This document shows, piece after piece, positions 1 through 12,720 of a DNA stretch of 64,000 bases. A program made the position numbers and the translations under genes. Position 1 is the stretch's first letter, and every line of letters starts with the position of its first letter. Under the pieces are notes generated by a model. That model made no database searches and was not told the origin of the DNA. It saw only the letters and a list, made by a program, of their open reading frames with translations. The DNA comes from Mycoplasmatales bacterium (lineage in GTDB: Bacteria > Bacillota_I > Bacilli_A > Mycoplasmatales > JABABV01): positions 4,422-68,421 of the forward strand of contig JABABV010000002.1 in the NCBI GenBank assembly GCA_014238055.1, written 5' to 3'.

Positions 1-834
1 AATCAAAAAAATTGAGCAACTTTTAAATATTTTGCATCACTAGTTTCAGCTAGTGGTCTATTAGCGCAAATTAAAAAATTGAACTTATTAGATAGTTTTA
101 AGTGAACGTATGGAACGCCTAGTCAAGTTAGATGATCAATTAATGATAAAGCCGAATTCGATACGTATGGTGCGTTAACGAACCATGATGAATCTGGTTT
201 TAAAGGAATGAGCGGTAAACCAGTTTCTGATTATAAACATAAAACAATAACAGCAATTATTTCTAGAGTTGGTCGAGAAGGCCTTTATGATGCCGATCCA
301 ATTCTTGCAAAAGCAACTTATATTGATGGTGATAGTTACGATATATCAAAATGAAAATTTAGTAAAACAACACAACGACAATCTATTGAAAAAGGAGAAA
401 AAATGCTCCTTGCTGAATTTAACGTAGCTAAATCACTCTCACATAGCGTGGATTTTGGTAAATTTGGATTAGAAAACTGAGCAACGTTAGGTAAAGATAC
501 AGCAGCCGTTAATCATTCGCATAGTAATTATATTGTCGATGTTTTAGAAAGGCAGAAAGATAGTAAAGGGAAATATAAATATCCACAAGTTCGAGCTATA
601 AATTTTTGACATAGTGAAATACACGATCCTTATGAACATCATGGTATCCCATTAGGTTTCCAAGGTTTTGTATCGATAGAATTCAATGTAGGAGGTCCTA
701 CATTTAACACATTCTTAATCTTCCTTCATTTCCGTTTTATATTCAGTAATAAATATGATTCGCTTGGTGGAGTAAACGCTTTCAATAATACTTTTACAAG
801 CAGTGTAGAACTTAAACAAAATAAAAAAATATAA
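1..834 (+). CDS. 3' part (5' end cut by window edge) of a surface lipoprotein of the same paralog family as 12721-17534
   Basis: Frame 1 is open through in-frame TGA (Trp) codons to TAA 832-834. It carries the family signatures WTYGTPSQVRW, AEFDTYG, AIISRVGREGLYDADPI and the C-terminal GGVNAF motif. Confidence 0.7.
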
Positions 835-915
835 TAATATATTAGCTTGTTAAACTATTTTTATCGCCACTAAAACATATTTTTAAGATATTAAAATTTA
901 TTTAATTAAAAATAT

Positions 916-947
916 AAAAAACCTTATTGTTAAAGGTTTTTTATATT
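916..947 (+). terminator. rho-independent terminator
   Basis: aaacctt/aaggttt stem followed by a T-run, just after the stop at 834. Confidence 0.6.
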
Positions 948-965
948 TTTTATTTTGATAAAAAC

Positions 966-994
966 TTGATTTGTAATACAAAATATGGTATAAT
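966..994 (+). promoter_or_regulatory. sigma-70-type promoter for the lipoprotein gene at 1056
   Basis: TTGATT (966-971), 17-nt spacer, TATAAT (989-994) with an upstream TG (extended -10). Confidence 0.5.
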
Positions 995-1055
995 ATATAT
1001 AATCAGTTGTGATATAAGAAAAGTATAATTAAAATAAAGATTAAGGAGAAGCAAT

Positions 1056-2147
1056 ATGAAAAAACGTAATTTAATTAAAGTTTTAGTTAGTTCAACTTCT
1101 TTGACAGCAGCAGCTGCAACAGTTGCTAGTTGTGGAATTAACACTACTCACAATAATAACAATATAGCATCATCACCTCAAGATGCTATATCAAAAAAAT
1201 TAAGTACTTTAAAAGCGTTTGATAAAGTTTCTCTAAAAATAACCGATATTAAAAAAGGTGATCCAACTAGTGCGATCGTTAAAGGAAATCTCTCTTACGA
1301 CGATGAATTCATTAAAAAATATTTATCAATAAATCAAATAAATGCTAAACAATCTATTAAATTCGTAATACCGATGGTCCGTGATCAAATTTCCGGATGA
1401 ATCGTTAAAGATATTAACGGTCTATTAAATCCAAAAGACGATCAAGGAAGTTCTAAATTAGCGAGAGAACTCGTTTATAATGATGGCGATACAGGTATCG
1501 AAAAATTTAATCATAACGACAAAGACTTAAAAATAGTTGATGGTCCTGGTCGAGTAATCAAAAATTCAATTAATAGTTCAATTAATGCTAAAAATATTTT
1601 AACAGTTAGCTATAAAGGGCATGCAATTACTAAATCATTTAATAGTAAAGTTGCTGATGCTTATACGTATACTTGAACTAAAACATATGATTTAAATAAA
1701 AAAACATCAACGAAAGCAACAATTACAAATATCGTAGCTACTCATGATGAAGTGATTAAGCAATTTATTGCTAAAACTAAAATCCATTTCAATGAAAATC
1801 AATTACGTATATTAGATCAAGGAAATAATACTTGATTAGTTTCTAATCAAGTAGATGCTGCTTTAAACGGAACTATTATTAAATTTAATAATAAAGTCGA
1901 CATTAAAGATGCTTGAACGATCGATGAAACGACAGAATTAAAAGTAGCAAAGAAAACGTTAAAAAAAGTAATCGAAGAAGATGATTCTATTAAAGTTAAT
2001 TTTGCTGAATTAACACCAATAAAGACAAAATATAAAGAAGAGTTAAGTAAATGAATAATCACTTGAGCCGCTCATAAACCAAATCGATTTATTTTACCTT
2101 ACTTAGTACATTATATTGATGGTGGATGAGTTTTAACTAATCGTTAA
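1056..2147 (+). CDS. lipoprotein, unknown function
   Basis: RBS aaggag. Signal peptide MKKRNLIKVLVSSTSLTAAAATVASC with a lipobox Cys. The ORF track fragment 1056-1400 continues in frame through TGA codons to TAA 2145-2147. Confidence 0.75.
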
Positions 2148-2168
2148 TCTTTAATTTATTAAGATTGA

Positions 2169-2204
2169 AAATAAGCTACTTGATAAAAGTAGCTTATTTT
2201 TTTA
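2169..2204 (+). terminator. rho-independent terminator
   Basis: ataagctact / agtagcttat 10-bp stem followed by a T-run. Confidence 0.75.
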
Positions 2205-2320
2205 TAAAAGACTTTAATAAAAGGAAATTTTAATACTTTTTAATATTATTTATGATATAATATTTACTATATTTTTAAAAATAATTAAGTAAAAATAAAA
2301 TAATTAAAGAGGTATTTAAA

Positions 2321-2503
2321 ATGAACAAGACTAAATTTAGAGTTTGGCCAAAAATGAAATTTTTATTATTTGTTATTATCGTTGCATTTATCTTAGTTAC
2401 TTTGATGGGTAGCGGAATTAATTTTGATCAAGTTTGAAACGATACTAAAAACGATTTTATTAATGGGATTAATAAAATTCGTGACATTAAAATCAGCTTA
2501 TAA
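2321..2503 (+). CDS. small single-pass membrane protein (60 aa)
   Basis: RBS agagg, then ATG 2321. Hydrophobic core FLLFVIIVAFILVTLMG. One in-frame TGA. Followed by a terminator. Confidence 0.45.
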
Positions 2504-2525
2504 TAATTAAATAAATAACTTAAAA

Positions 2526-2558
2526 TAAAAAAAGCATTAAGTAATTAATGCTTTTTTT
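2526..2558. terminator. bidirectional terminator between convergent genes
   Basis: A-run, gcattaa/ttaatgc stem, then a T-run. Confidence 0.7.
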
Positions 2559-2561
2559 ATT

Positions 2562-2945
2562 TTAAAGTTCGTCATTATCGATTAATTTTTGAGTTTTTTC
2601 AACAGCCATTTTATGGATTTTATAAATAAATGTCGGTGTCAACATAAGAACTAATACAAAAAAGTAAAACAACATTGAAAATAGAAAAATTACTTTTAAC
2701 TTAACTATTTGACGTCTTAGCGGACCACGATTAATACCGCTATTCACTACTTCCATTCTAATAGCATAAAAAATAGCACCTACAATTGGAATATGTTCTC
2801 AACGATGAGGAACCATTTGTTGTTTCATAGTTTCTAAATCTTCGATCGTTGCTTGTCTTTTATATTCTTGAAAAGAAATATGCGGTTGTTTTTTATCTGT
2901 AGAATCTTTTTTAGTTATCGTTTTTGTATTTTTTGTTTGTGCCAT
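2562..2945 (-). CDS. hypothetical membrane protein (127 aa)
   Basis: Track ORF 2562-2756 extends upstream in frame through one TGA to ATG at 2945 (MAQTKNTKT...). The C-terminal half has a hydrophobic segment. Confidence 0.55.
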
Positions 2946-3112
2946 CGAAAATACCACCTTTTATTTAATTTTATAATAATATTATATAATAAACCGATAT
3001 CATAATTCAAGAATAGAAAAATAATTAGTTTTCGTTTATACTTTAACAGTAGTCTATTTTGATAGATTATATATAAAATAAATAAAATAAAATAATGAAG
3101 GAGTCTTTATAT

Positions 3113-5134
3113 ATGAAATTAAATTCAAGTAAAGCAATTGCTATCAGTCTTAGCGCTTTAGCTCTTGGCCAAGTTGGTCTAGTTAGCGCTAATCAAATAA
3201 GTCATAGCAATAAAACTAATCTTAAAGTACCGAGTTCAGACAGCATTATTAATCCTGACACTAATAAAGTAAATTATGTTACTTTTGGTGATTCTTTATC
3301 AGCTGGATTCACTGATTTTGATAACAAAATGTATAATCACATCGATTATCGATCGAGTGACCATAATATGGCAACTCATAAAATTTATGGCGATGCTTAT
3401 AGTGCGTGAGTGGCACGTGCTTTGCAAAAAGATAATATTTTAGGTAGTTATGATAATTTTGCAGTCTCTGGTTTTACTAGTGGAAATATCTTACATCAAT
3501 TAGATAAAACTTCTAAATTAGATGCCAACGATATTGCTCATTTCAACTACGTTACTGATAACGGTAAATATGATTCTTGATTAAGTAAGAGCGATTGAGA
3601 TAATTATTATAATAATGATAATTATATCGACAGTACGATTAAACGTGCTAACTTAGTCAACATTACTCTAGGTGGTAATGACATTATTTGATTAATGAAA
3701 ATCATGAATAAAAATTTAGATGAATGGTCAAAAGGAGGTATTTCTGCTGTCTTAAAAGCACTAGAAGAAATTACTTCTGATGACTTTGACATTAATAAAG
3801 TATTATCGATCGATGAAAAAGATTTAACAAATACTTTATTAAATTTAAAAAATAATATCAAAGGGATTATTAAGTTTATTAAAAACATTAATCCTAATGC
3901 AAAAATTATGGTCATGGGTTATGTTTTTTCAATGGAACAATTACGTGGTGTTTTTGGACTTGAACAAAACGATAAGCACGTCCAACTTTTAGAATCAGTT
4001 TTTTCATCATTAAATAAAATGATAAAAAGTTGTACGATCGATGATCGCAACATTGACTTCATTGCAATCGATAACCGTAAAACTGAATTTTTAAATAATA
4101 TTAATAAAATTAATATTAAGACACCTCGAGGCCATAGTTTAAAATTAAAAGATTATAATACGGCATCTTGATATACACCGATTGCTTCAGATGTACATCC
4201 AGGACCTTATGGATACCGTTTGATCGCTTCAAAAATATTACGTTCATTAATTGGTCAAGATAACAATAATAATAACGATCCAAAAAACTTAAATCCTTTA
4301 GTCGATAATAGTGTTGCTCGATTAGATATCGATGATAACTTTACTGATATGATTAAAAGTTTTGAAAACACTAGCGCAAATTTAAATAACTATCTTACTT
4401 TTGAACACAAAAAGCCAGTTAGTTATTTACAACCCCAAATTGCAGCTTTAGATAACGTTGGTCCAGCTGGGACTGGCGATATCTCAGTTTCATATAAATG
4501 AAACCGTGTTGCAATGTTAACTAATAACTTTAACCATTTATTATCTTCAATCAAAGATCAAATGACAATCTTTGCTTCTACTATGATTAAGAATGACGAT
4601 CCTATCGATGTCAAAACTTTCAAAAACAACTATCGTTTAATTGATGGACCTAATGTAAGTTTTCAAGAAATGATCGATTTTGGAAAACTAAAAGAAGATG
4701 TTTCTAATCCGAAAAATTTACACGTTAGCGATAACAAATATTTCTTCTTAAATTACGCTGTTAATAGTAAACAAAACATCGCTTCTTTAGTTGGCTTAGC
4801 TAGCAGTGTTGATGGCCTTGGATTATTCCAAACTTTATTAACAACATTACTACCAAAAATTGATAGTACGATCACTAATCCAGATATTATTGATGCAGTT
4901 ACTGAATTAGTTAGTTTAGTAAATCCTTTAAATAGTAATTTTCAAACATTCGGTGATTTAATGTTTCGTAATTTCTTAGCGATGCAATTAACACACGTTG
5001 ATAGTTGAAATATTTTCTATATTAAAATGCATAGTTCAAAAATGAATATTTTATTAGGTGGCTTTTTTACAGAATTAAATTTATTCTTCAGTTTAAAACA
5101 CGGTGGTTCAAAAATTAAATGAGGTTTAATTTAA
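3113..5134 (+). CDS. secreted SGNH/GDSL-family hydrolase (lipase/esterase-like) with a large C-terminal region of unknown function
   Basis: RBS gaaggag lies 9 nt before ATG 3113, followed by a signal peptide. SGNH block I is FGDSLSAGF, block III is ITLGGNDI and block V-like is SDVHPG. Four track fragments (3095, 3695, 4220, 4514) are in one frame, joined by TGA. Confidence 0.75.
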
Positions 5135-5211
5135 TTTTTATTTAATAAGCATGTTATAATGTAATTTGAAGTTTGAATAAATAAATATTATATTTTCAAA
5201 GGAGTTATATT

Positions 5212-6066
5212 ATGGCGTTAGTTAGTCCTAAAATTATGTTGAAAAGGGCTCAAGAACATAAATATGCAATCGGAGCTTTTAGTGTTATTAATTATGAAAC
5301 ATTAAAAGCAGTTATTGATGCTGCCGAACATTGTAAATCACCAGTAATTTGTCAAATTAGTGAAAAAACGATATCTAAATATATTAGTTTTGATTATTTT
5401 GCACCAATGGCTGTTGCAGTTGCTAAAAAAGCAAAAGTAAACGTTGTTTTACAATTAGATAATGGTTCATCAGTAGAAGTTATTAAAAAGGCAATTGATT
5501 ATGGATTTACTTCAGTTATGTTTGATGGTAGTAGTTTTGATTTAGAAACTAATACTAAAAAAACTAAAGAGATCGTTGATTATGCTCACAAACATAACGT
5601 TACTGTTGAAGGTGAATTAGGAATTGTTTCTCGTGTCGATGAAACTTCTTTCGAAGCTAAAAAAACACCTTTTGCAAATCCAGAAGAAGCGAAAAAATTT
5701 GCAGCTGATACTAAAGTAGATATGCTTGCAATTGCTTTTGGAGCTTATCACGGGATTTACGATGATGTTCCAGAATTAAATTTCAATATTTTAAAAGAAA
5801 CTGAAAATTTAACAAAGTGTCCACTAGTGATGCATGGAGCTTCAGGAATTAGTTATCAAAATTTAAGCAAAGCGATTAAATTTGGAATTTCTAAAATAAA
5901 TGTTGAAACTGATTTATTAATTAGTTATAAAGAAAGCATCGAAACTTTCTTCACTCATAATCCAAATATTTTCGATATGCGTCAAGTAAACTTAGTAGCA
6001 ATTGAAGAAATGACAAGTAAAGTCGTTGACTACTTAAAAAACTTCCGCTCAATTAATAAAAATTAA
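5212..6066 (+). CDS. fba: class II fructose/ketose-1,6-bisphosphate aldolase
   Basis: Intact 284-aa ORF with class II aldolase motifs (MFDGSS, VMHGASG, typical N-terminus ..AQEHKYAIGAF). Confidence 0.85.
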   Translation: MALVSPKIMLKRAQEHKYAIGAFSVINYETLKAVIDAAEHCKSPVICQISEKTISKYISFDYFAPMAVAVAKKAKVNVVLQLDNGSSVEVIKKAIDYGFTSVMFDGSSFDLETNTKKTKEIVDYAHKHNVTVEGELGIVSRVDETSFEAKKTPFANPEEAKKFAADTKVDMLAIAFGAYHGIYDDVPELNFNILKETENLTKCPLVMHGASGISYQNLSKAIKFGISKINVETDLLISYKESIETFFTHNPNIFDMRQVNLVAIEEMTSKVVDYLKNFRSINKN

Positions 6067-6088
6067 TTTCAATAAAAACAATAATAAT

Positions 6089-6128
6089 AAAACAAAAACC
6101 AGCTTTTTTAAAGTTGGTTTTTGTTTTA
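6089..6128 (+). terminator. rho-independent terminator after fba
   Basis: Long stem aaaacaaaaaccagcttt / aaagttggtttttgtttt. Confidence 0.75.
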
Positions 6129-6352
6129 TTATTCTAGACTATGTAATTGCTTACGAACAAAATCTGTTTTAAGAGCGATTAAAATTCACTTTAGATAATT
6201 AAAAATCTTTTAGCAACAACTAAATATCATCGTGTTCAATTAACTCGATAATTAAGCTAAATTTTTAGAAGCTTATATTAACAATAATAATTAATAAATT
6301 AATTTACTTTTGTTAGTAAAGTTGTTATAATTATTTTATATTCAATCTTATA

Positions 6353-6461
6353 GGTGTGGTGCTTATAGCAAGATGGTTATACCTGTTCCCTTACCGAACA
6401 CAGAAGTTAAGCATTTTTGCGGTGAATGTAGCATGAGCAAGAATAACACAGTGCCATACCG
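6353..6461 (+). rRNA. rrf: 5S ribosomal RNA (not linked to 16S/23S in this window)
   Basis: Conserved 5S core CCTGTTCCCTTACCGAACACAGAAGTTAAGC. The 5' GGTGTGGTGC pairs with the 3' GTGCCATACC. A terminator follows immediately. Confidence 0.85.
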
Positions 6462-6465
6462 ATCT

Positions 6466-6491
6466 AAAGGGGCGTTAATTCCCCTTTTTTT
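6466..6491 (+). terminator. terminator after 5S rRNA
   Basis: aaagggg / cccctt stem followed by T7. Confidence 0.75.
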
Positions 6492-6588
6492 CTTGCAATA
6501 AAGAAACTATTTTGTTCGTTTTATGATACTATATTTATAAATGTGAATTATTATAAAATTAATAGAATTTAGCGGAGGTTTAAAATAA

Positions 6589-7896
6589 ATGTTTTGAAAA
6601 GTTTTTAAAGCAGAATTAGCGGCAATTTTTGGTTCAAATAAATTAAATATCATTAAATGAAGTGCGGTAATCTTAATCCCTTTCATTTATGCTTTTACTT
6701 ATCTATATGCTTTTTGAAATCCATATCAATATCTAGATAATTTAAAATTAGTGATCGTTGATAACGATAGTACTTATAATCAAAATTTAAATATTGGTAA
6801 AGCAATTAGTGATGGATTAACTCAAGGCGACATTCGCGTTGAAGGTTATAAAATAAATATTGATAAAGCAACAGCTCATAGTAATATCGATAATTTATTA
6901 AAAGATTATTATGCTGTGATTGAAGTACCAACTAACTTTACAGCTAATACAGTTGATACGATTGAAAAATTTATTATTGGAAAAGGTCAATTAACTGACT
7001 TACCACAAATTGTTTTTAATAATTCATTTAAAAACAATTTCCTAGTAGCTGAGATCGGTGGATTTGCTAGCGGAATGACGCAAATGTATTCATTAGGTTT
7101 AAAAGCAACGCTACCAGGGATTGAAAAAAATGTTATTGATTATATCAATAACACTTTAAAAGATCCAACTGCAACAGTTGCTAAAGCAAAAGAGTTTTTC
7201 GTAACTTTTTCACAAACTTTAGATCAATTTAACGATCATCCAATTTTCCGTTTAAATGCACGTGCTGAAAAATTAAATTCTTATGGATTTGGATTAGCAC
7301 CATACTTTTTATGTATCGGTCTTTGAGTCGGTCAATTAGTACAACATTTTATGGTTACTAAAAAACGTAAAATTAAAAACGTTAAATTTATGAGTAACTA
7401 TTTCGGTAAAAGTTTATTTTTAATGATGAACGCTACCGTACAATCATTAGTATTGCTCGCTGGTCTTTCTTGTATTGGACTGCGATTTAGCGGCTGAAAT
7501 GAAGTCTCTTTAATTATCTTTGTCGTCTTGATGGCAATGCTCTTTACTTTAATAATTCAAGCTGTTATGTTCGTGTTAAGAAAACCAGATATTGGTCGTT
7601 TCGTCGTAATTATTTTATTAGTATTACAATTAGCGTCATCTTCAGGAACTTTCCCAGTAGCATTACAACCAGCATTCTTTAGAGCTATTAGTCATGTGCT
7701 ACCATTTACTTATACGATTCAAATTATTCGTGAAATCTTCTATGCCCCAATCTATCTAAAAATTTTAATTGATAGTATTATTTTATTAAGTTTCTTATTA
7801 TTAGTGCCAGCTTGTTTATGAATAAACATCGCTAAAGAAAAGAAAACTAAGAAAACTTATGATGAAGAAGAAAATGAATTAACGTATTTATCATAA
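6589..7896 (+). CDS. YhgE/Pip-domain membrane protein
   Basis: RBS ggagg. The N-terminus MFWKVFKAELAAIF..YAFWNPY..VIVDND is typical of YhgE/Pip. The C-terminus has multiple TM segments. Fragments 6751 and 7528 are in the same frame. Confidence 0.7.
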
Positions 7897-7922
7897 TTTA
7901 AAACGTAATCTAAAATTAATAA

Positions 7923-9080
<1,158 letters not shown>

Positions 9081-9098
9081 CTCATTTAGGAGTTAAAA

Positions 9099-9365
9099 AT
9101 GCATATTTGACCAGATATTTTGGCATGAGTCGCAGGAGCCGAAGCGTCCCTCGTAATGGTGCCACAAATTATTTTAATGCATCGAACTAAAAAATCTCGT
9201 GGTTTATCACAAGGAATGTTAATTATTAGACAAGTATCGTTTACGTGTCTAGTAGCTTATGTTTTTATTATCGGTAATTATACTTTAGGTATATCTTATG
9301 CTTTTTCATTAATAGTAAATTTATATGCTTGAGCTTTAAAAATTTACTATAATAAAAATGGTTAA
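9099..9365 (+). CDS. PQ-loop (SemiSWEET-like) small membrane protein, 88 aa
   Basis: RBS aggag. Three hydrophobic segments. PQ-loop signature VPQIILMHRTKKSRGLS after the first helix. Confidence 0.6.
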
Positions 9366-9434
9366 GTTAATTATTAATGCGATTATAATGTATAATTTAG
9401 TTATATAGTAAAATAATATAACAATTAATATTTA

Positions 9435-10241
9435 ATGAACTTGAGGGATATAATGATACTAAAATTTGACAAATACAATGTTAATGTTCGTGTTAATCGT
9501 AAAATTGGAAATGATAAAAATTTTTTATTAATTCATGGTTTTGCAGTCGATCATCGCGAAATGATTCGCGTAAGCAAAGGGCTTCCTGGAAACACTTATT
9601 TAGTTGATTTATTAGATCATGGTAAATCAACGGTTAATTCAGAAAATACAAAGTTAGATTACAAATTATTCGTTGAATCGATTAATGCTGTTATTAAAAA
9701 ATTAAAATTAACTAACGTAACGATTATCGGTCATTCTTTAGGAAGTTTATTATCTTTAGTAGTGGCAACGGAAAATAAAGCAATTAAAAAAGTTGTTTTA
9801 ATGTCGATGCCTCATATTGATATTGCGCAAGATAAAGAATTAATTAATAGATTAGTTAGTGAAGATAAGAAAATTATTAGCGAACTCGTTAATAATGATT
9901 TCTTTTTTGAACCTAGTCTTTTGACAACGAAAGTTGTAACTTGATTAATTCAACGTAAAAATCATAAAAATCGTGCTAAATATTTAGAAGTTTTCGAAAA
10001 TTTAAGTAAATCAATAAATCAAACTATTTTTGATAAACATTTAAATAAATTAAAAGTGCCAACACTTTTAATTACTGGTGAAAACGATCCTTTATCAACG
10101 ATTAAAGATATGCAATATATCGCCGATAAAATTAAAATAAAACATAAATTAGTCATCATTCCACATGCTCGTCATAGTATTTGTTTACAAAAGTTTAAAG
10201 AAGTAATCCAAATTATAAATGACGATCAAATAAAAAAATAA
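9435..10241 (+). CDS. alpha/beta-fold hydrolase
   Basis: HGF oxyanion region, nucleophile elbow GHSLG and a C-terminal His (PHARHS). The two fragments are joined by one TGA. An alternative start is ATG 9453. Confidence 0.8.
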
Positions 10242-10247
10242 TGAAAT

Positions 10248-10279
10248 AAAAAACACTAATTCAATTAGTGTTTTTTTTA
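10248..10279 (+). terminator. rho-independent terminator
   Basis: aaacactaat / attagtgttt stem followed by T8. Confidence 0.8.
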
Positions 10280-10341
10280 TAAATCATTCTGTTATAATTG
10301 TTAAACACAATCGAAAATATTATTTATAAAATGGAGTCATT

Positions 10342-12501
10342 ATGGAAATAAAAGGTATGTTTAAAAGTGTCATTTATTATAACGAAAGCAACTCTTATTT
10401 AGTTGCTCGTTTCGTGATAGAAACTACTTATAGTACGAAAGAAAAACGTTCTTTAATAATTACTGGAAACTTACCGATATTAAATCCCGATGAATCTTAT
10501 TCGTTAATTGGTGAGTTTAAACATCACGATAAATACGGTCGTCAATTTTATGTTAAAAGTTTTTCTAAAATTACACCAGCATCAACTGAAGGAATCGTTA
10601 AATATTTATCTAGTAGCTTATTTCCCGGCATTGGTAAAAATAGTGCCACCAAAATAGTCGACTATTTTGGTGAAAAAACATTAGATATTTTATCAAAAGA
10701 TCCTGAAGTGATTTTTAAAATCACCGAGATTAAAAAAAGTAAATTAACTTTAATAGTCGATGTCTTAAAAGCTAATAAAAAAATTAATGAATTACATCAA
10801 TTTTTTTTAACTAATCAAATTTCGATGCGTTATTATATGAAATTAACTAATTATTATGGTGAAGATAATTTATTAAATATTATTAAAGAAAAAAATTATC
10901 AAATTATTGAGGAAGTTGAAGGGATTAACTTTAAAGTTGCTGATCAAGTTATTAATAAATTAGTTAATAATTTAGATCCCAAGATTAGAGTTAAAGCTGC
11001 TTTAGTTTATGCAATTAATCAACTTTCTTTTAAGAGCGGAAACACAACATTAGAACCAGAATTAATTTTTGATAATTGTAAGATGTGAATCGAACAATAT
11101 TTACGCAATAATAATTTATCTAATAGCGTTATGGAAATGTTTGTTTTCTTAATTAAAGAATTAGATGAAGAATATAAAATTCGTTTTATTAATCAAAAAA
11201 TTGCTTCAGCGCATTTTTTTGATTCAGCTAACTTTGTTGCTAATTATTTACAAAAATTAGTAAAGTATCAAGTTAAAAACCAACAATGAGAACTAACAAA
11301 TACTCAGAGTGATATTATGATGGATAAAGTTCAATTAAAAGCTGCCAAGAGCGCTTTAGAAGGTTCGCTAACAATTATTACTGGTGGACCAGGAACAGGA
11401 AAAACTTCAATCATTAAATATATTATGAATAATTTAGTAAGAAAATATGATGAAAAAGAAATATTTTTATTAGCACCAACTGGAAAAGCTAGTAAAATCT
11501 TACGTACGAAAACGCATTTTTATTCTTCAACGATTCATAAAGCTTTAATGTGAGATGCTCATACTAATCGCTTCGAATATAATGAAACTAATCCACTAGC
11601 GCATAAAGTTTTAATTATCGATGAATTTTCAATGGTTGATATTTGATTATTAGAAAAAACATTTCGTGCCTTACCGGAATTAGAAAAACTTATTATCGTT
11701 GGTGATGATGGTCAATTAGAATCGGTGCTTCCTGGAAGTGTTTTACGTGATTTATTAAATAACGATAAAATAAAACGTATTAATTTAAAAAGAGTTTATC
11801 GTCAAGGTAAAGGAAGTGGAATTCTTGAACTATCAAAATTAATTAATCAAAGTCATTTAATTGCTGAAGATAGTTTAAAAAATTCGGGAGTAAACTTTTT
11901 CGAACTTAATAACCATGCTACTTTAAATATGGTAGCAAAATTGTATGTCACAAACGTTAATAAATACGGCATTGCTAACGTTCAAATCTTAGCACCAGTT
12001 TATAATGGTGTTTGTGGGATCGATGCAATTAATCGTAAAGTCCAAAATTTAATAAATCCTTTAGATGATCAAAAAACACAAGCTATTATTGGTATTCATA
12101 ATTATCGTAGCGGTGACAAGATCATGCATTTAAAAAATCGTAAAGATACTAATTTATTTAATGGTGATATTGGATATATTCAAGAAATTGATGTCGAAAC
12201 TAAAGAAGTTGTTTTAGAATTTGATAAAAAAATCGTTAAATATAAATACAACGATTTCTTAACGCACGTAACGCTTGCTTATGCAATTTCAGTTCATAAA
12301 GCACAAGGTAGTGAAAACCATTGTATTATCATGCCAATTCTACGTGATTATTACCGTATGCTTAATAAAAAAATCGTTTATACAGCAATCACAAGAGCGA
12401 GTAAAGAACTGTTCGTTATCGGCGAACTATCAGCTTTCAACACTGCTATTAAAAATCGCCATTATCAAAATCGAGATACTATTTTAGGAATGTTATTGTA
12501 A
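10342..12501 (+). CDS. recD2: RecD2-type SF1B DNA helicase (RecD/TraA family, YrrC-like)
   Basis: Three fragments (10342, 11317, 11725) are in one frame. Walker A GGPGTGKT, IIDEFSM, IVGDDGQL and the C-terminal SVHKAQGSE motif. Confidence 0.88.
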
Positions 12502-12508
12502 TGTATTT

Positions 12509-12541
12509 TAAACACCAAATTAGAAATTTGGTGTTTTTTTA
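12509..12541 (+). terminator. rho-independent terminator
   Basis: aaacaccaaat / atttggtgttt stem followed by a T-run. Confidence 0.8.
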
Positions 12542-12720
12542 TTACAATTATTAACTTAAAAATTATAACTATATTATGTATTTTAAATATTAGCAAGTAT
12601 AATTTAGTTATACGGCATATTTGTTATAGTTTATTTAACAATATCATTTTATAATATTTATTTAAATTTAGTTTAATTTAATGATGAACATTTATATTAT
12701 TGCAGTTTAAAAGGAGTGCT

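Noticed and set aside
12275-12487. Alternative-frame ORFs inside recD2 (12275-12487) and inside the RNase J-like gene (25750-25935).
   Set aside because: They are out of frame with respect to conserved proteins whose motifs continue through these intervals.
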